From Malacoraja senta (lineage: Eukaryota), in NCBI GenBank assembly GCA_038087875.1, contig CM075989.1:5394001-5458000 (forward strand): 64,000 nt of DNA. Reading direction: 5' to 3'. The notes beneath the pieces were generated by a model. That model had not been told where the DNA came from. It searched no databases and saw only the letters and a list, made by a program, of their open reading frames with translations. Positions within the stretch are counted from its first letter, which is position 1; every line of letters starts with the position of its first letter. Both the position numbers and the translations under genes were made by a program. Below are positions 25,813-37,684 of the stretch, in pieces.

Positions 25813-28661
25813 CATTCGTTTTTCCTGACGGTTTAAAACATTGTTAAAACAACTTTCTCTTCCAACGGTGTTTAAAGTTCAACACTGAAGGCAAATTCAA
25901 CATTGCAAGATAAAATCATACACGGGTCTATCAAACAGCCACACACTGCATTCATCTCATCCGGCAATATTTGAACATCTGTCTGAGAACAGAGATCTTT
26001 AGGTTGCTGCAGAGTGCACAGTGCGCCTAACACTGCCTCCACTGTGTCCTCAGTATTTATACAGGAATGTCAGACTCTCCTGACGAGCCAACATTATCAA
26101 TCTATTTCTTCCTCTCTGTATCGTTCCAAACATTAAAGTATCAGACCGTGGAAACAATAATCATGCCAGGGCCGTTTAAATACTGCATTGATTGTTATCA
26201 AACATCCTGAAGTTAGTCACCGACTGTCAAACAGCATCTTAAGTTGTCCGTAACACAATCCAACGACTAAACGACTTGCTTTAGTTTACAACTCGCGCGG
26301 TTATAGAGGCTTCAATATTAAGTAGAGCAGATTAATTAGCTTTTCTCTGGCATAAAATCTTTATTACATTCTCCACCCCCCCCCCCCCCCCACACACACA
26401 CACACACACACATCTGGAACAGAAGCATTTCAACATCCAGTGAAATATCTAGCACATGCTGTTTTCGAAAAGCCTCCATCGTTAGGACATTGTTTGCTTT
26501 TCTTCAATCTCGCCCACTCTCAAAAGGCTAGTTACCTTGAACAATTCAGTGCTGTTGTCGAGAAATGTGAAAAGTACCATACACCTTGCAGAGAGACTAA
26601 CTTCGTTTTAAAATCTTGGATCCCGGAGCTGGTGGACACACTCCTCGGCTCGTTCCTTCCTTCCGTGTTTTTTTTTGGGGGTTGGTGTGTGTTTTCCTTT
26701 TTTTGTGTTTTTTGTTGGGGGGGTTTTCTCGCTTGTCCTTCTGATGGGTTATCCGTGCCCTGGCAGACAGGATCCTTGAGAGAGGCAGAGAGGGAGACAG
26801 CGCAGACTTCTCCGAGCCTAGATCAGGAGCCACACAGAATGGGCAGAGGCTGAGAACTGGGATGCAAAAGGCTCCTCCTAGCAGCCTCTGGGTATCTCCC
26901 CCCCCCCCTGTGCTTCGAAATGACCAAATTAGTCGTGGATCCGCCTCCGTGGGTCGCCGGCTGGGGTCTAGCTGTAGATCAGAGCATGGAGGTGGGACAC
27001 ACTGAATCACAGAGTAGGTGGGGGAGAAGGGGTGGCAACATCTTCTTCAGAATACCACAAGGCGAGCACACAGTCCAACACCCACTGTGACTAATGCATG
27101 AACGTGACTGCCTTAACTCTCCACCGAAAAAAAATAGTTTTAAAGTGATTGTCACCTTTTCCTACCCGATTGGAAAAAAAACGGAATCAAAATCTTTGGT
27201 GAAGTACACATTCGTTATTTAGGAAGGGGTAGGGCAATAATTCACGGTCATTATGAGGGGGGGGGGGGGGGGAGAATTTCAGCAGCAGATTTTTGGTCTC
27301 CAGTAGTGAGTGGCTACCTGGCTGGCACTTTGATCTTTGAAACAGAACATTGAACAACAGCAAACCATTGAGAAGAGTCGTTTGTTTCTGGGAGAAAGGA
27401 GTGTGTGGGGGTGTGTGGAGAGGGGTGGGGGGGCGAGGGGCAGGCATTGCCAAAGGATGGGAGGCGAGGTGATGAAGTTAAGAGGCTGGCAGAAGGCGAG
27501 GGAGGGGAAGGAGGTGAGAAAGGAAAACTCAGGGAGCCATGACGAAATGTGTAGGGAGGAACTGCAGATGCTGGTTTAAACCGAAGATAGACACAGTATG
27601 CTGGAGTAACTCAGCCGGACACGTAGCCCATCTCTGGAGAGAAGGAACGAGTGACATTTCGGATCAGCTGAAGAAGGGTCTGATTCGAAACATCATCCAT
27701 TCCTTCTATCCAGAGATGCTGCTTGTCGCAGTCTGGGCTTGTACTGTTCTGTAAATGCACTGCACTAATTCCCCTTGTACTGTACAGTACTAAGTCCCCC
27801 TGTACTGTGCTGTACTGCACTAATGTGTAGGAAGGAACTACAGGTGCTGGTTTAAACCGAAGATAGACACAGAATGCTGGAGTAACTCAGCGGGACAGGC
27901 AGCATCTCTGGAGAAGGAAAGTTAGATAGAGCTCTAGGGGCTAGTGGAATCAAGGGATATGGGGAGAAGGCAGGCATGGACTATTGATTGGGGACGATCA
28001 GCCATGATCGCAATGAATGGCGGTGCTGGCTAGAAGGGCCGAATGGCCTCCTCCTGCACCTATTTTCTATGTTTCTAAGGAATGGGTGTCACGGAATGAC
28101 ATATTTTTCTGTCTATCTTCGGAACTGTACTAAGTTAACTGTACTAAGTTATCTTGTACTGTACTGTAAAGTACTGTAATACACTGAGTACACTGTACAC
28201 TGTGGACGGCTCGATTGTAATCATGTATTGTCATTCTGCTGACTGGTTAGCACGCAACAAAAGTTTTTACTGTACCTCAGCACACGTGACAATAAACTAA
28301 ACTGAACTAAACTCCAACTGATTGCGGGTGGTTCTGGTGATGAAGGTTTGTGCAACACCCTTCATTGTATTATTCGCGGCAGTTCAGCTGGGAGGTGATC
28401 TTGCTCTTTACTTTGAGCTCAAACCCCTTGCAGGAAACCATCAGTCATAGTGACGCATGATGTTCCATCCCCATGTAGCACAGAGGCACAATTCATGAAA
28501 GACAGACACAAAATGCTGGAGTAACTCAGCGGGACAGGCAGCATCTCTGGATAGAAAGAACGGGTGATGTTTCAGGTCGAGACCCTTCTTCAGAAAGTAG
28601 AGTCGCTGCACGTTATTAGTCTGTACCTATGTTGCTTTTAGCAATGAGTGTCTAACCAGAG

Positions 28662-28961
28662 GGGCAGCACAGTGGCGCAACAGTAGTGTTGCAGCCTTGT
28701 AGCGCCAGAGACGTGGGTTCAATCTTGACTATGGGTGCTGTCTGTATGTTCCCCCTGTGACCGCGTGGGTTTTCTCCAGGTGCTCTGGTTTCCTCCCACA
28801 CCTCAAAGACGTACAGGTTTGTAGGTTAATTTGCTTTGGTCTGTTGTAAAATTGTCCCTAGTGTGTGTAGTTTAGTGTACAGTGTGATCATTAGTCGGCA
28901 TGGACTCGATGGGCTGAAGGGCCTGTTTCCTCACTATATCTCCAAACCAATGTAAACTAAA
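28662..28961 (+). mobile_element. HE1-like SINE
   Basis: Head, partial V-domain, tail. Confidence 0.8.
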
Positions 28962-30016
28962 CCAGCTGTTTAGCTTTCGTGATCAATTTGTCACAAATTC
29001 CTCCACATTTTTGAGGTTGAAGCGACCTGCCATAAAATGTTCCCTCGCGTCCATTGACTAAGGGAGTAGTAGTCTTTGGTGGTCGAGTGAAAATAAAAGG
29101 CAGGCAGTGTGACTCAAGAACCAGAATACCTGATCAGTTATTCACTTGCTCACTGTGTCTGGGGTTTATCTATAAGACACCACGTCAACCCTTCCTTCTT
29201 CAGTGGAATTTACAATGAAACAACATAAAATGTGAACCCTTCATAAAGGTGAGTCTCAAACACTGTTCACTTTGTGGATCCCAAATCATCTCCAATTCCA
29301 TTGAAACACAAATGTTTACCATGTCCTAATTCCTCTATTCTGCACTACTACCCTGCTAAACCATCCGAGATCACGCACAAATTGGCGACGCTTATCTTGG
29401 CCACATTTACTGATGGCCACCCAACAAATTGTTATCATCTCTTGTCTTGACAGCGGCTCTCATTATCCCATGTCTCTTCCTGCCACCATCCTTTTCAATG
29501 AAAGAATGCACTAATGGTTTCAATTTAATTTCTGACACCAGTTCGCACAGTGTGCTGGAGTAACTCAGCGAGGTCAGGCGACATCCATGGAGGGAATGGA
29601 CAGGTGACTATTCAATGGGGACCCTTCCTCAAACAGATCAGTTTGAGGCTGGGTCCTGACCCGAAATGTTACCGATACATTCCATACATGTTTTGGTTGG
29701 GACCCTTCTTTTGACAGATCAGTTTGATGAAGGTTCCTGACCTGAAACATCACCTCTCCATTCCTTACACGCTTTGTGTCGGTATCCTTCTTCTGGCGGA
29801 TTGAAATGTTGCCTCTCCATTCCCTCCACAGATAGACCCTAAGTTCTGGAGCAAATCAATGGGTCGGGCAGCATCTGTGGAGAAAAAGGATGGGTGACAT
29901 TTTGGGTCAGAACCGCTCTTCGAACTGAGGGTAGAGGTGGGGTGCGGGGTGGGGACTGTAGGTAGGAAAAGGCCAGTAAACCGGTTGTCCTGCCTCCACC
30001 CATTGGTGGGTGGCTA

Positions 30017-30258
30017 ATGGCCAAGAAGGCTTTTGGTTCATTGGCCTTCATCAGTCAGGATATTGAACATGGAAGTTGGGATGTTATGTTACAGTTGTGC
30101 AAGACATTGGTGAGGCCCCGTTTGGAATACTGTGATCAGTTTTGGTCACCCAGCGAGAGGAAGGATGCCATTAAACTGGAAAGAGGGCAGAGAAGATCTA
30201 CGAGGAGGTTGCCAGGACTGGCGGGGCTGAGCTGCAGGGAGAGTTTGGACAGGCTAGG
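30017..30258 (+). mobile_element. CR1 ORF2 fragment
   Basis: KAFGSLAFISQDIE...LCKTLVRPRLEYCDQFWSP. Confidence 0.75.
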
Positions 30259-30510
30259 AGTCGGTTTGTCAAGGAGGACTCTCTCTAACTTCTACAGGTG
30301 CACAGTAGAGAGCATGCTGACCGGTTGCATCGTGGCTTGGTTCGGCAACTTGAGCTCCCTGGAGAGGAAAAGACTACAAAAAGTAGTAAACACTGCCCAG
30401 TCCATCATCGGCTCTGACCTTCCTTCCATCGAGGGGATCTATCGCAGTCGCTGCCTCAAAAAGGCTGGCAGTATCATCAAGGACCCACACCATCCTGGCC
30501 ACACACTCAT

Positions 30511-31467
30511 AGAAACATAGAACATAGAAACATAGAAAATAGGTGCAGGAGTAGGCCATTCGGCCCTTCGAGCCTGCACCGCCATTCAATATGATCATGG
30601 CTGATCATCCAACTCAGTATCCCGTACCTGCCTTCTCTCCATACCCCCTGATCCCTTTAGCCACAAGGGCCACATCTAACTCCCTCTTAAATATAGCCAA
30701 TGAACTGGCCTCAACTACCTTCTGTGGCAGAGAGTTCCAGAGATTCACCACTCTCTGTGTGAAAAAGTTTTTTCTCATCTCGGTCCTAAAGGATTTCCCC
30801 TTAATCCTTAAACTGTGACCCCTTGTCCTGGACTTTCCCAACATCAGGAACAATCTTCCTGCATCTAGCCTGTCCAACCCCGTAAGAATTTTGTAAGTTT
30901 CTATAAGATCCCCCCTCAATCTTCTAAATTCTAGCGAGTACAAGCCGAGTCTATCCAGTCTTTCTTCATATGAAAGTCCTGACATCCCAGGAATCAATCT
31001 GGTGAACCTTCTCTGTACTCCCTCTATGGCAAGAATGTCTTTCCTCAGATTTGGAGACCAAAACTGTACGCAATACTCCCGGTGTGGTCTCACCAAGACC
31101 CTGTACAACTGCAGTAGAACCTCCCTGCTCCTATACTCAAATCCTTTTGCTATGAATGCTAACATACCATTCGCTTTCTTCACTGCCTGCTGCACCTACA
31201 TGCCTACTTTCAATGACTGGTGTACCATGACACCCAGGTCTCGTTGCATGTCCCCTTTTCCTAATCGGCCACCATTTAGATAATAGTCTACTTTCCTGTT
31301 TTTGCCACCAAAGTGGACAACCTCACATTTATCCACATTATGCTGCATCTGCCATGCATTTGCCCACTCACCCAGCCTATCCAAGTCACCTTGCAGCCTC
31401 CTAGCATCCTCCTCACAGCTAACAGGATGCTAGGAGGCTGCAAGGTGACTTGGATAGGCTGGGTGAT
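30511..31467 (-). mobile_element. Young 5'-truncated CR1 insertion with 5' fold-back
   Basis: Near-continuous RT C-terminal coding (62-aa ORF at 31196-31384, then 193-aa ORF at 30614-31195); TSD cactcat at 30504-30510 / 31468-31474. Confidence 0.9.
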
Positions 31468-31695
31468 CACTCATCTCCCTGCTACCTTCAGGTAGAAGGT
31501 ACAGGAGCCTGAAGACTGCAACGACCAGGTTCAGGAATAGCTACTTCCCCACAGCCATCAGGCTATTAAACCTGGCTCGGACAAAACACTGAACTTTATT
31601 AGCCAATTAACTGTTATTTGCACTTTATCAGTATATTGATTCATTTGTGTATATATTTATAGAATGCCTTGTAGTCAATGCCTACTATGTTCTGT

Positions 31696-31895
31696 GTTAA
31701 AGAAGGAACTGCAGATGCTGGAAAATCGAAGGTACACAAAAATGCTGGAGAAACTCAGCGGGTGCAGCAGCATCTATGGAGCGAAGGAAATAGGCAACGT
31801 TTCGGGCCGAAGAAGGGTTTCGGCCCGAAACGTTGCCTATTTCCTTCGCTCCATAGATGCTGCTGCACCCGCTGAGTTTCTCCAGCATTTTTGTG
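31696..31895. mobile_element. Near-perfect palindromic PLE-derived unit
   Basis: Arms of about 80 bp around gaagggt; 17-bp direct repeat tgcctactatgttctgt at 31679-31695 / 31896-31912. Confidence 0.8.
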
Positions 31896-33431
31896 TGCCT
31901 ACTATGTTCTGTTGTGCTGAAGCAAAGCAAGAATTTCATTGTCCTATCAGGGACACATGACAATAAACTCACTTGACTTGACGATTCCTTGGAGTGCAGG
32001 AGGCTGAGGGGTGAACCTCATTGCACTAGGAACTTTGGACTTTGTTTGGAATTTTGTACTTTTTTTATTTATTTATTTATTTAACTTTTTTTTAACGTTA
32101 CTTTATTATTTTACCTATTGAATACTGCATTTGCAAACCTGTTGCACTGCTGCGAGTAAGAATCTCATTTGCCGTTATGGTACCTATGACAATAAATACT
32201 CTTGACTCTTGAGTTTCACTGGAAGTGGTGTTAGGATAAGTGGAGCCCACAATGGTTCATTGTTGGCTGTGGGTTAGGTGATAACGAGTTATACAGACAA
32301 CGAAACTCAACAGGACGACAGTGAAACTAGTACACCGACTAGGGTGGGGGAGGGACAGAGAGAGAGAGGATGCAGGGATTACTTGAGGTTAGAGACATCA
32401 TTATTCATACCGTTGGGTTGAAAGCTGCCCAAGCGAAATATGACAATTACACTGATAGATGCAAAACTCAGTGGATTAGGCAGCATCTCTGAAGAACATG
32501 GAGAGGGGGTTGACGTTTCGGGTCTGGACCATTCTGCAATGACACCAGCCTTCCCTTTGCTGAACCTAGTCCTTTGCTTCCAGTCTTAATTTTATTTATT
32601 CTGTTATAATTAACTGCAGATCCTGGAGCGAAAGTACAATCCAGGCAAGATCGAAAACATAACTGATTGTAACCAAACTATTTAAAACTCCACAGTCTCC
32701 CCTTTGTTGCCCTGTGTGGGCTGGTATCAAAGGGAGTCAAGTTTCATTACAGTATTTCAATTCTTTCAAATGACTGCTCTTCAAAACAGTTTTTATTAAT
32801 GCCTTCTTTTCCAAAATGTATGTTCTCACTCCCCACATCCCTGGGAGAGCAGGGAATTACTATTGACAACAAAGTTTAGGGTCAAAAGTCAGAAGAAATT
32901 CTTGAAGAAAATATTTCCGAGCAAATCAGTCAGGGATGATTGGCTTCCTCCAGCACCTATTTTCTATGTTTCTATATTGGGGACGATCAGCCATGATCAC
33001 AATGAATGGCGGTGCTGGCTCGAAGGGCCGAATGGCCTCCTCCTGCACCTATTTTCTTTGTTTCTATGAACCAGCAGGTCAGAGTCTAGGGAAGCACTGG
33101 ACTGGGAAAAGTGTTAAACCAGCTACAGGGACTGTCAAACTACAGGGTATACTTCTATCTGAAGTATACAAAGTAATGAGAGGCGTAGAAAGGGTAGACA
33201 GTCAGAAACCATTTCCCAGGGTGGGAAAAGTCACCGTGGGCCCATGAGTTAAAATTCTGAAGAACGGTCTGAAGAAGGGTCTTGACCCGAAACGACATCC
33301 ATTCCTTCTCTCCAGAGATGCTGCTGCCTGTCCCACTGAGTTACTCCAGCATTTTGTGTTTATCTTCAGTTAAAATTCTGAATTGGGGTAAGTTGAAATT
33401 TGATGGTATTAGACAGGTCAAGCTTTGACCA

Positions 33432-34129
33432 CCGGGTGGCGCCAGCAATGGCCGCCTCGCCAACAGTCGGTCTCGTCCCTTCCTTCTTTATTGCTTTTTA
33501 GTATGTGTTTAATGTAGGTTTTAGTGTTCTTTAGCTTGTTATACGTGTGGAGGGGGGGGAGGATTGGGGAGGGGGGGGGGTGGGAGGTTGGGGGAAACTT
33601 TCTTTTAATCCTTTACCTCGACGGAGATGCGATTTTTTTCCATATCATATCTCTGTCCGCACTGTGGCCTAACATTCAGGAGCTGACGGCCTCTGCTGGT
33701 GACTGACTATGGGAGCTCCAACCGAGGGAGCCTGTGGACTTTAACATCGTGGAGCTCGTGGTCCCTGGTTAGAGACCGACTTTGGGAGCTCCAAGCCGCA
33801 GGAGCTTCACCGGCCCCGATGTGGGAGCTTTGATCGCCATGAAGCGGGGGCATCAATCGCCAGCTGCGGAAGCTTCGATCGCCCTGACTGCGGATGGTTC
33901 GACTGCCCCGTCCGCGGGAGAATAAAGAGAATAAAAATTGGACTTTATTGCCTTCCATTACAGTGAGGAATGTGGGGAATCCGCTGTGGTGGATGTTTAT
34001 GTTAACTTTTATGTAGTTTTGTGCCTTGTGGCTTTTTGTTTAGCATGGCTGTACGGTAATTCGAGTTTCACTGTACCTTAATTGGTACACGTGACAATAA
34101 ACTGATCTTTGAATCTTTGAACCTTTGAA
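33432..34129 (+). mobile_element. Non-autonomous retroelement with internal GC-rich repeats and Rex-type tail
   Basis: Related to the minus copy at 46541-47222; tail tttcactgtaccttaattggtacacgtgacaataaa + (ctttgaa)n. Confidence 0.6.
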
Positions 34130-34470
34130 GTAGCTTATCTGCAGGCACTGGAACGTCTGGAAAGTGGGATGCTTTTAAAAATGTGGTGACATAAGTTCAG
34201 AACATGCATGCTCCTGTTAGAGCGAAGGGCAAGGCAGGTGGGAGCAAGGAAGCTTGGATGACGAAATAAATTGAGGCTCTAGTCAGGAAAAAGAAGGAGG
34301 CATGGGACAGGTATTGGAAGCTGGGATCAAGTGGAGGAGTTTCGGGAACCGAGGAGCATAAGCGGGAAATCAAAAGGGCAAATATGGGGCAGGAGATAGC
34401 TCTGGCCGATAATATAAAGGGAAATCCAAACAGATTTTCTAAGAACATTAATGGAAAGAAATTAACCTAG

Positions 34471-34697
34471 TGTAGCGACGCCTGCTGGCGTACGCAGAGA
34501 TCGAAGCCGGCGTTCGGAAGCCGCGGTCACGTGACTCGGGAGGGGCTGCTTGTTTCGCGCGGTTTTCACTTGCGCGCGTTAGTTCAGCGCTGACCACCAT
34601 TGTGGGCAGACGTGTCTGAAAAGTCTGTATACCGGCAACCGAACTTGTGAATAAAGGTTTGTCGAAAAGTCCGGTAGTCGTTTCTCAGACCACTAAA
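34471..34697 (+). repeat. 5' LTR
   Basis: Begins TGT, contains aataaa; collinear with 43511-43737 (24 substitutions by manual count, no indels). Confidence 0.92.
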
Positions 34698-34698
34698 T

Positions 34699-34711
34699 TG
34701 GTGACCCCGAC
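34699..34711 (+). promoter_or_regulatory. Primer-binding site complementary to the tRNA-Trp 3' end
   Basis: TGGTGACCCCGAC immediately after the 5' LTR; vertebrate tRNA-Trp ends ...GTCGGGGTCACCA. Confidence 0.85.
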
Positions 34712-34741
34712 CTATCTAGCCGTCGTTAGACAAGAAGAATT

Positions 34742-35112
34742 ATGCAGGAAGAGAGTGTTCCCGCAGAATCGGCCAGCACGAGGCAGGGCTCACCAGCCTT
34801 CAAACTGCAAGCCTTTTGGCCTGATCAACCTCAGGTGTGGTTCGCCCATGTTGAGGCACAGTTCCACCTTCATCGCATCGTGACGGACGACACAATGTAT
34901 TTCCATGTGGTGGGGGCTTTGCCACAGGACTGTACCTCGAGGTTGTTGCCCTACATCAGAGACCCTCCGTCCAACGGCAAATACGAAGGGTTGAAGGCCC
35001 TGTTGTTCCACGCTTACGGTCTCAGCCACCGAGACAGAGCAGCAAGGCTGCTGCACATGGACTGTATCGGCGACCGGCGGCCATCCGCCATCATGGCGAA
35101 GATGTTGGCCCT
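34742..35112 (+). pseudogene. gag: Gypsy gag, N-terminal part
   Basis: FKLQAFWPDQPQVWFAHVEAQF...GDRRPSAIMAKMLAL; ends at the hAT insertion. Confidence 0.85.
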
Positions 35113-37684
35113 CAGGGCCGGCCTTAGGAGGTGCGGGGCCCAATTGGGAACAATTTTCATAGAAATATAAATAAATAATCATTTATTTATAAATTATTTA
35201 TAATTATTTATCACGACAGGCACGTGTCATGAGTAATATGACAGTCAGTCGGCTTTAAAAAAATCTTAAACCGCGCATGCGCATATTGTTCTCTCCGTAA
35301 AAATAAAAATAAAAACAAATAAAGTAACAATTCAATTTGCCCAAGGCTTCCAAATCTCCTTCATTCTGAATTACTGAATGGGTGGGGGGTGGAGGGTGAT
35401 GGCAGGTGGAAAGATGGTGGGAAAAACGGGAGCACACCGGGACAACATGAATCAGGTGTCATCTTATTGAATGACAAAACTAGTTCAAGGGACCAATTGG
35501 TGGGAGAGTTCCTTTCACAGCGTGTGGGGAGTCTAGCCAGGGGTAAAGTTGTGGGGAGGGCGGGAGCGTTAAGAAGGAGGGGGTCAGGTTCATGCCAGTA
35601 GCCCACTCACCCACCGCTGCCGCGGCGCTCCGGGAGCGGAGCCACCGCATTGTGGTCGGGGAGGGAAGCAGCTCGCATGGCTACGAGCGGCTGCCATCAC
35701 CGGACAGCAGAACCGACTGCCATCTCAGCGCCTTCTGCCGGCCCGCTCACCTCTGGCAGTGCTCTCCGTCTGAACAGTGAGGGGACCAGCTCAAGAGCAA
35801 AGATCATAGAGCGGAGTGGGTCAGTGGGCGATGGAACTTACTCCTGTGTCAGCATAAACAAGGGATCAATTGAGGTTACTCGCCCTGACATATGGAGTAA
35901 GCTCCACTGCCCACTGTTCTGTTATCCATTGCCCGCTGACCCGCTCTTGAGCTGGTCCACTCACATGATCCCCGACCACCTCCTTCTCAATGCTCCTGCC
36001 CTCCCAGCAACTTTACCCCTAGACAGACTACCCACACGCTGTGAAAGGAACTCTCTCTCCCCACCCCCCCTCCAGCAGCGCTGTCCTTTTACAGCCGCTT
36101 CCCATCAGCTGCTAGCAATGAGGGATAGACTTGGCTATCCCTCAGTACAGCAACATCGTTCTTGATGTTGCTGTACTGAGGGATAACGAAGTCTATCTTT
36201 CTTGGATAACAACCTAACCTTCGGCCTCCAAGATGCAGGTACATTTTCTAGCAATGTTACAAAATTTTGAGATTTTAAAAATCAAGTCTGTAATTTATCC
36301 CATCAGATAAAGCATAAAAAGAAGTTTAATTTGATACCTAATTCACTTTCATATCTTCAGTATTAAAAAAAGTTATGGCCATTTTCATACTCTGAAATTA
36401 GCATCTTGTTCCCTATTGCTGGAAAATGGTGTGATCGAGGACAGTCAAAAGCCCATAACTTTCTTAAAAATTAAGAGAACTGAATGAAAATTTCAGTTAT
36501 TATAGATTGAAGCATTCTGAAACAAATATGAAACAATCTTACTTGGATGACCTGAAATTAAAGCATATAATTAGTTAATTACCTAATTGTCGCTAATTAC
36601 AAAATTGACCGTTGTGACGGAAATAGTAATAAACACCCAGACTGCCTTGAAAATTAAAAAATTTGATATTCTCAAGATCAGAACATTAATATGATTGTAT
36701 TATATGCTGTAAGTCCGTAACAGATAGGTAAAGAAATTACAATTTCTAGCAATAGACCAGGTCTTTATGGAGAAGATCAGTTGCTAGCTGGAACATTGGC
36801 ATACTATAATCAGTAGCATCATCATACTCCTCAGATTGTAACCAATAAACAACTCTGTACACCTTGTTTTTCCTCAACTTTTCAATATTGGCATTGTAAA
36901 CTACAAGTTTTTGCTCTTAAAACCTCGCATGACATGCCTTTCTGCCCACTACTTTCCCATTAAGAATGTCCTGTAGATTCCATTTCTTAAGTAAGGGATA
37001 ATTTAAAAAAATAGCCTAAGTATCCAAATAACAAACTAATCCCATTCACACCAGAATATAACATGACTTTTAAATCTCACTGTCATGAATTTATATGCCA
37101 GATCAGTGATGGAAGTGGGTTTTAGAAACTAGGGGTACGCTAAGGTTTGTGAGGCTGAGGTTGGGAAGGAAGGGGGTGGAGGGGGGGAGTGGGATGGGGG
37201 GGGGGGGGTAAACGCTATAAGCCCCCCATGAGAAATTTTATCTCTCTGAAATTGAAGATAGACAAAAGCTGGAGTAGCTCAGCAGGACAGGCAGCGCAGC
37301 GACTCTGGAGTGAAGACCCTTCTTCTGACTGAACTGAACACTTGTCGGTGAGAATACTTGTGATTGTCTGAAGAAGGGTCTCGACCGGAAACGTAACCCT
37401 CTTCCCAGAGCCCCTGCCCGTCCCTCTGAGCCACCACAGACAGGGAGTTGAAGGTAGACACAAGGGGGTCCACCTTCAACTTCAGAGCCAAACAAAAAAC
37501 ACAGAGTGCTGGAGGAACTCAGCGGGAACATATCGCTTATCAGGAGCCGCCACGGGGCAGAACTCTCCCCCCCCCCAACAGAAAGGAACCGCAGATGCAG
37601 CCGTCACCGTAAAACGTCTAAGGAACTGCAGATGCTGGAAAATCGAAGGTAGACAAAAATGCTGGAGAAACTCAGCGGGTGTGA

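Larger units (their letters stand above)
30259..31981 (+). mobile_element. Rex1/Babar-type LINE 3' fragment, interrupted by CR1 and PLE insertions
   Basis: LSNFYRCTVESMLTGCIVAWFGN...KDPHHPGHTL resumes after the insert as ISPLPSGRRYRSLKTATTRFRNSYFPTAIRLLN; tail ends atgacaataaactcacttgacttga. Confidence 0.75.

Noticed and set aside
30017..30520. 167-aa ORF as a gene
   Set aside because: Chance in-frame fusion of a CR1 fragment and a Rex/Babar fragment.
36230..37260. AT-rich block and a CAGTG-starting segment as further DNA transposons or a transposase
   Set aside because: No ORF, matching second TIR or TSD could be found.
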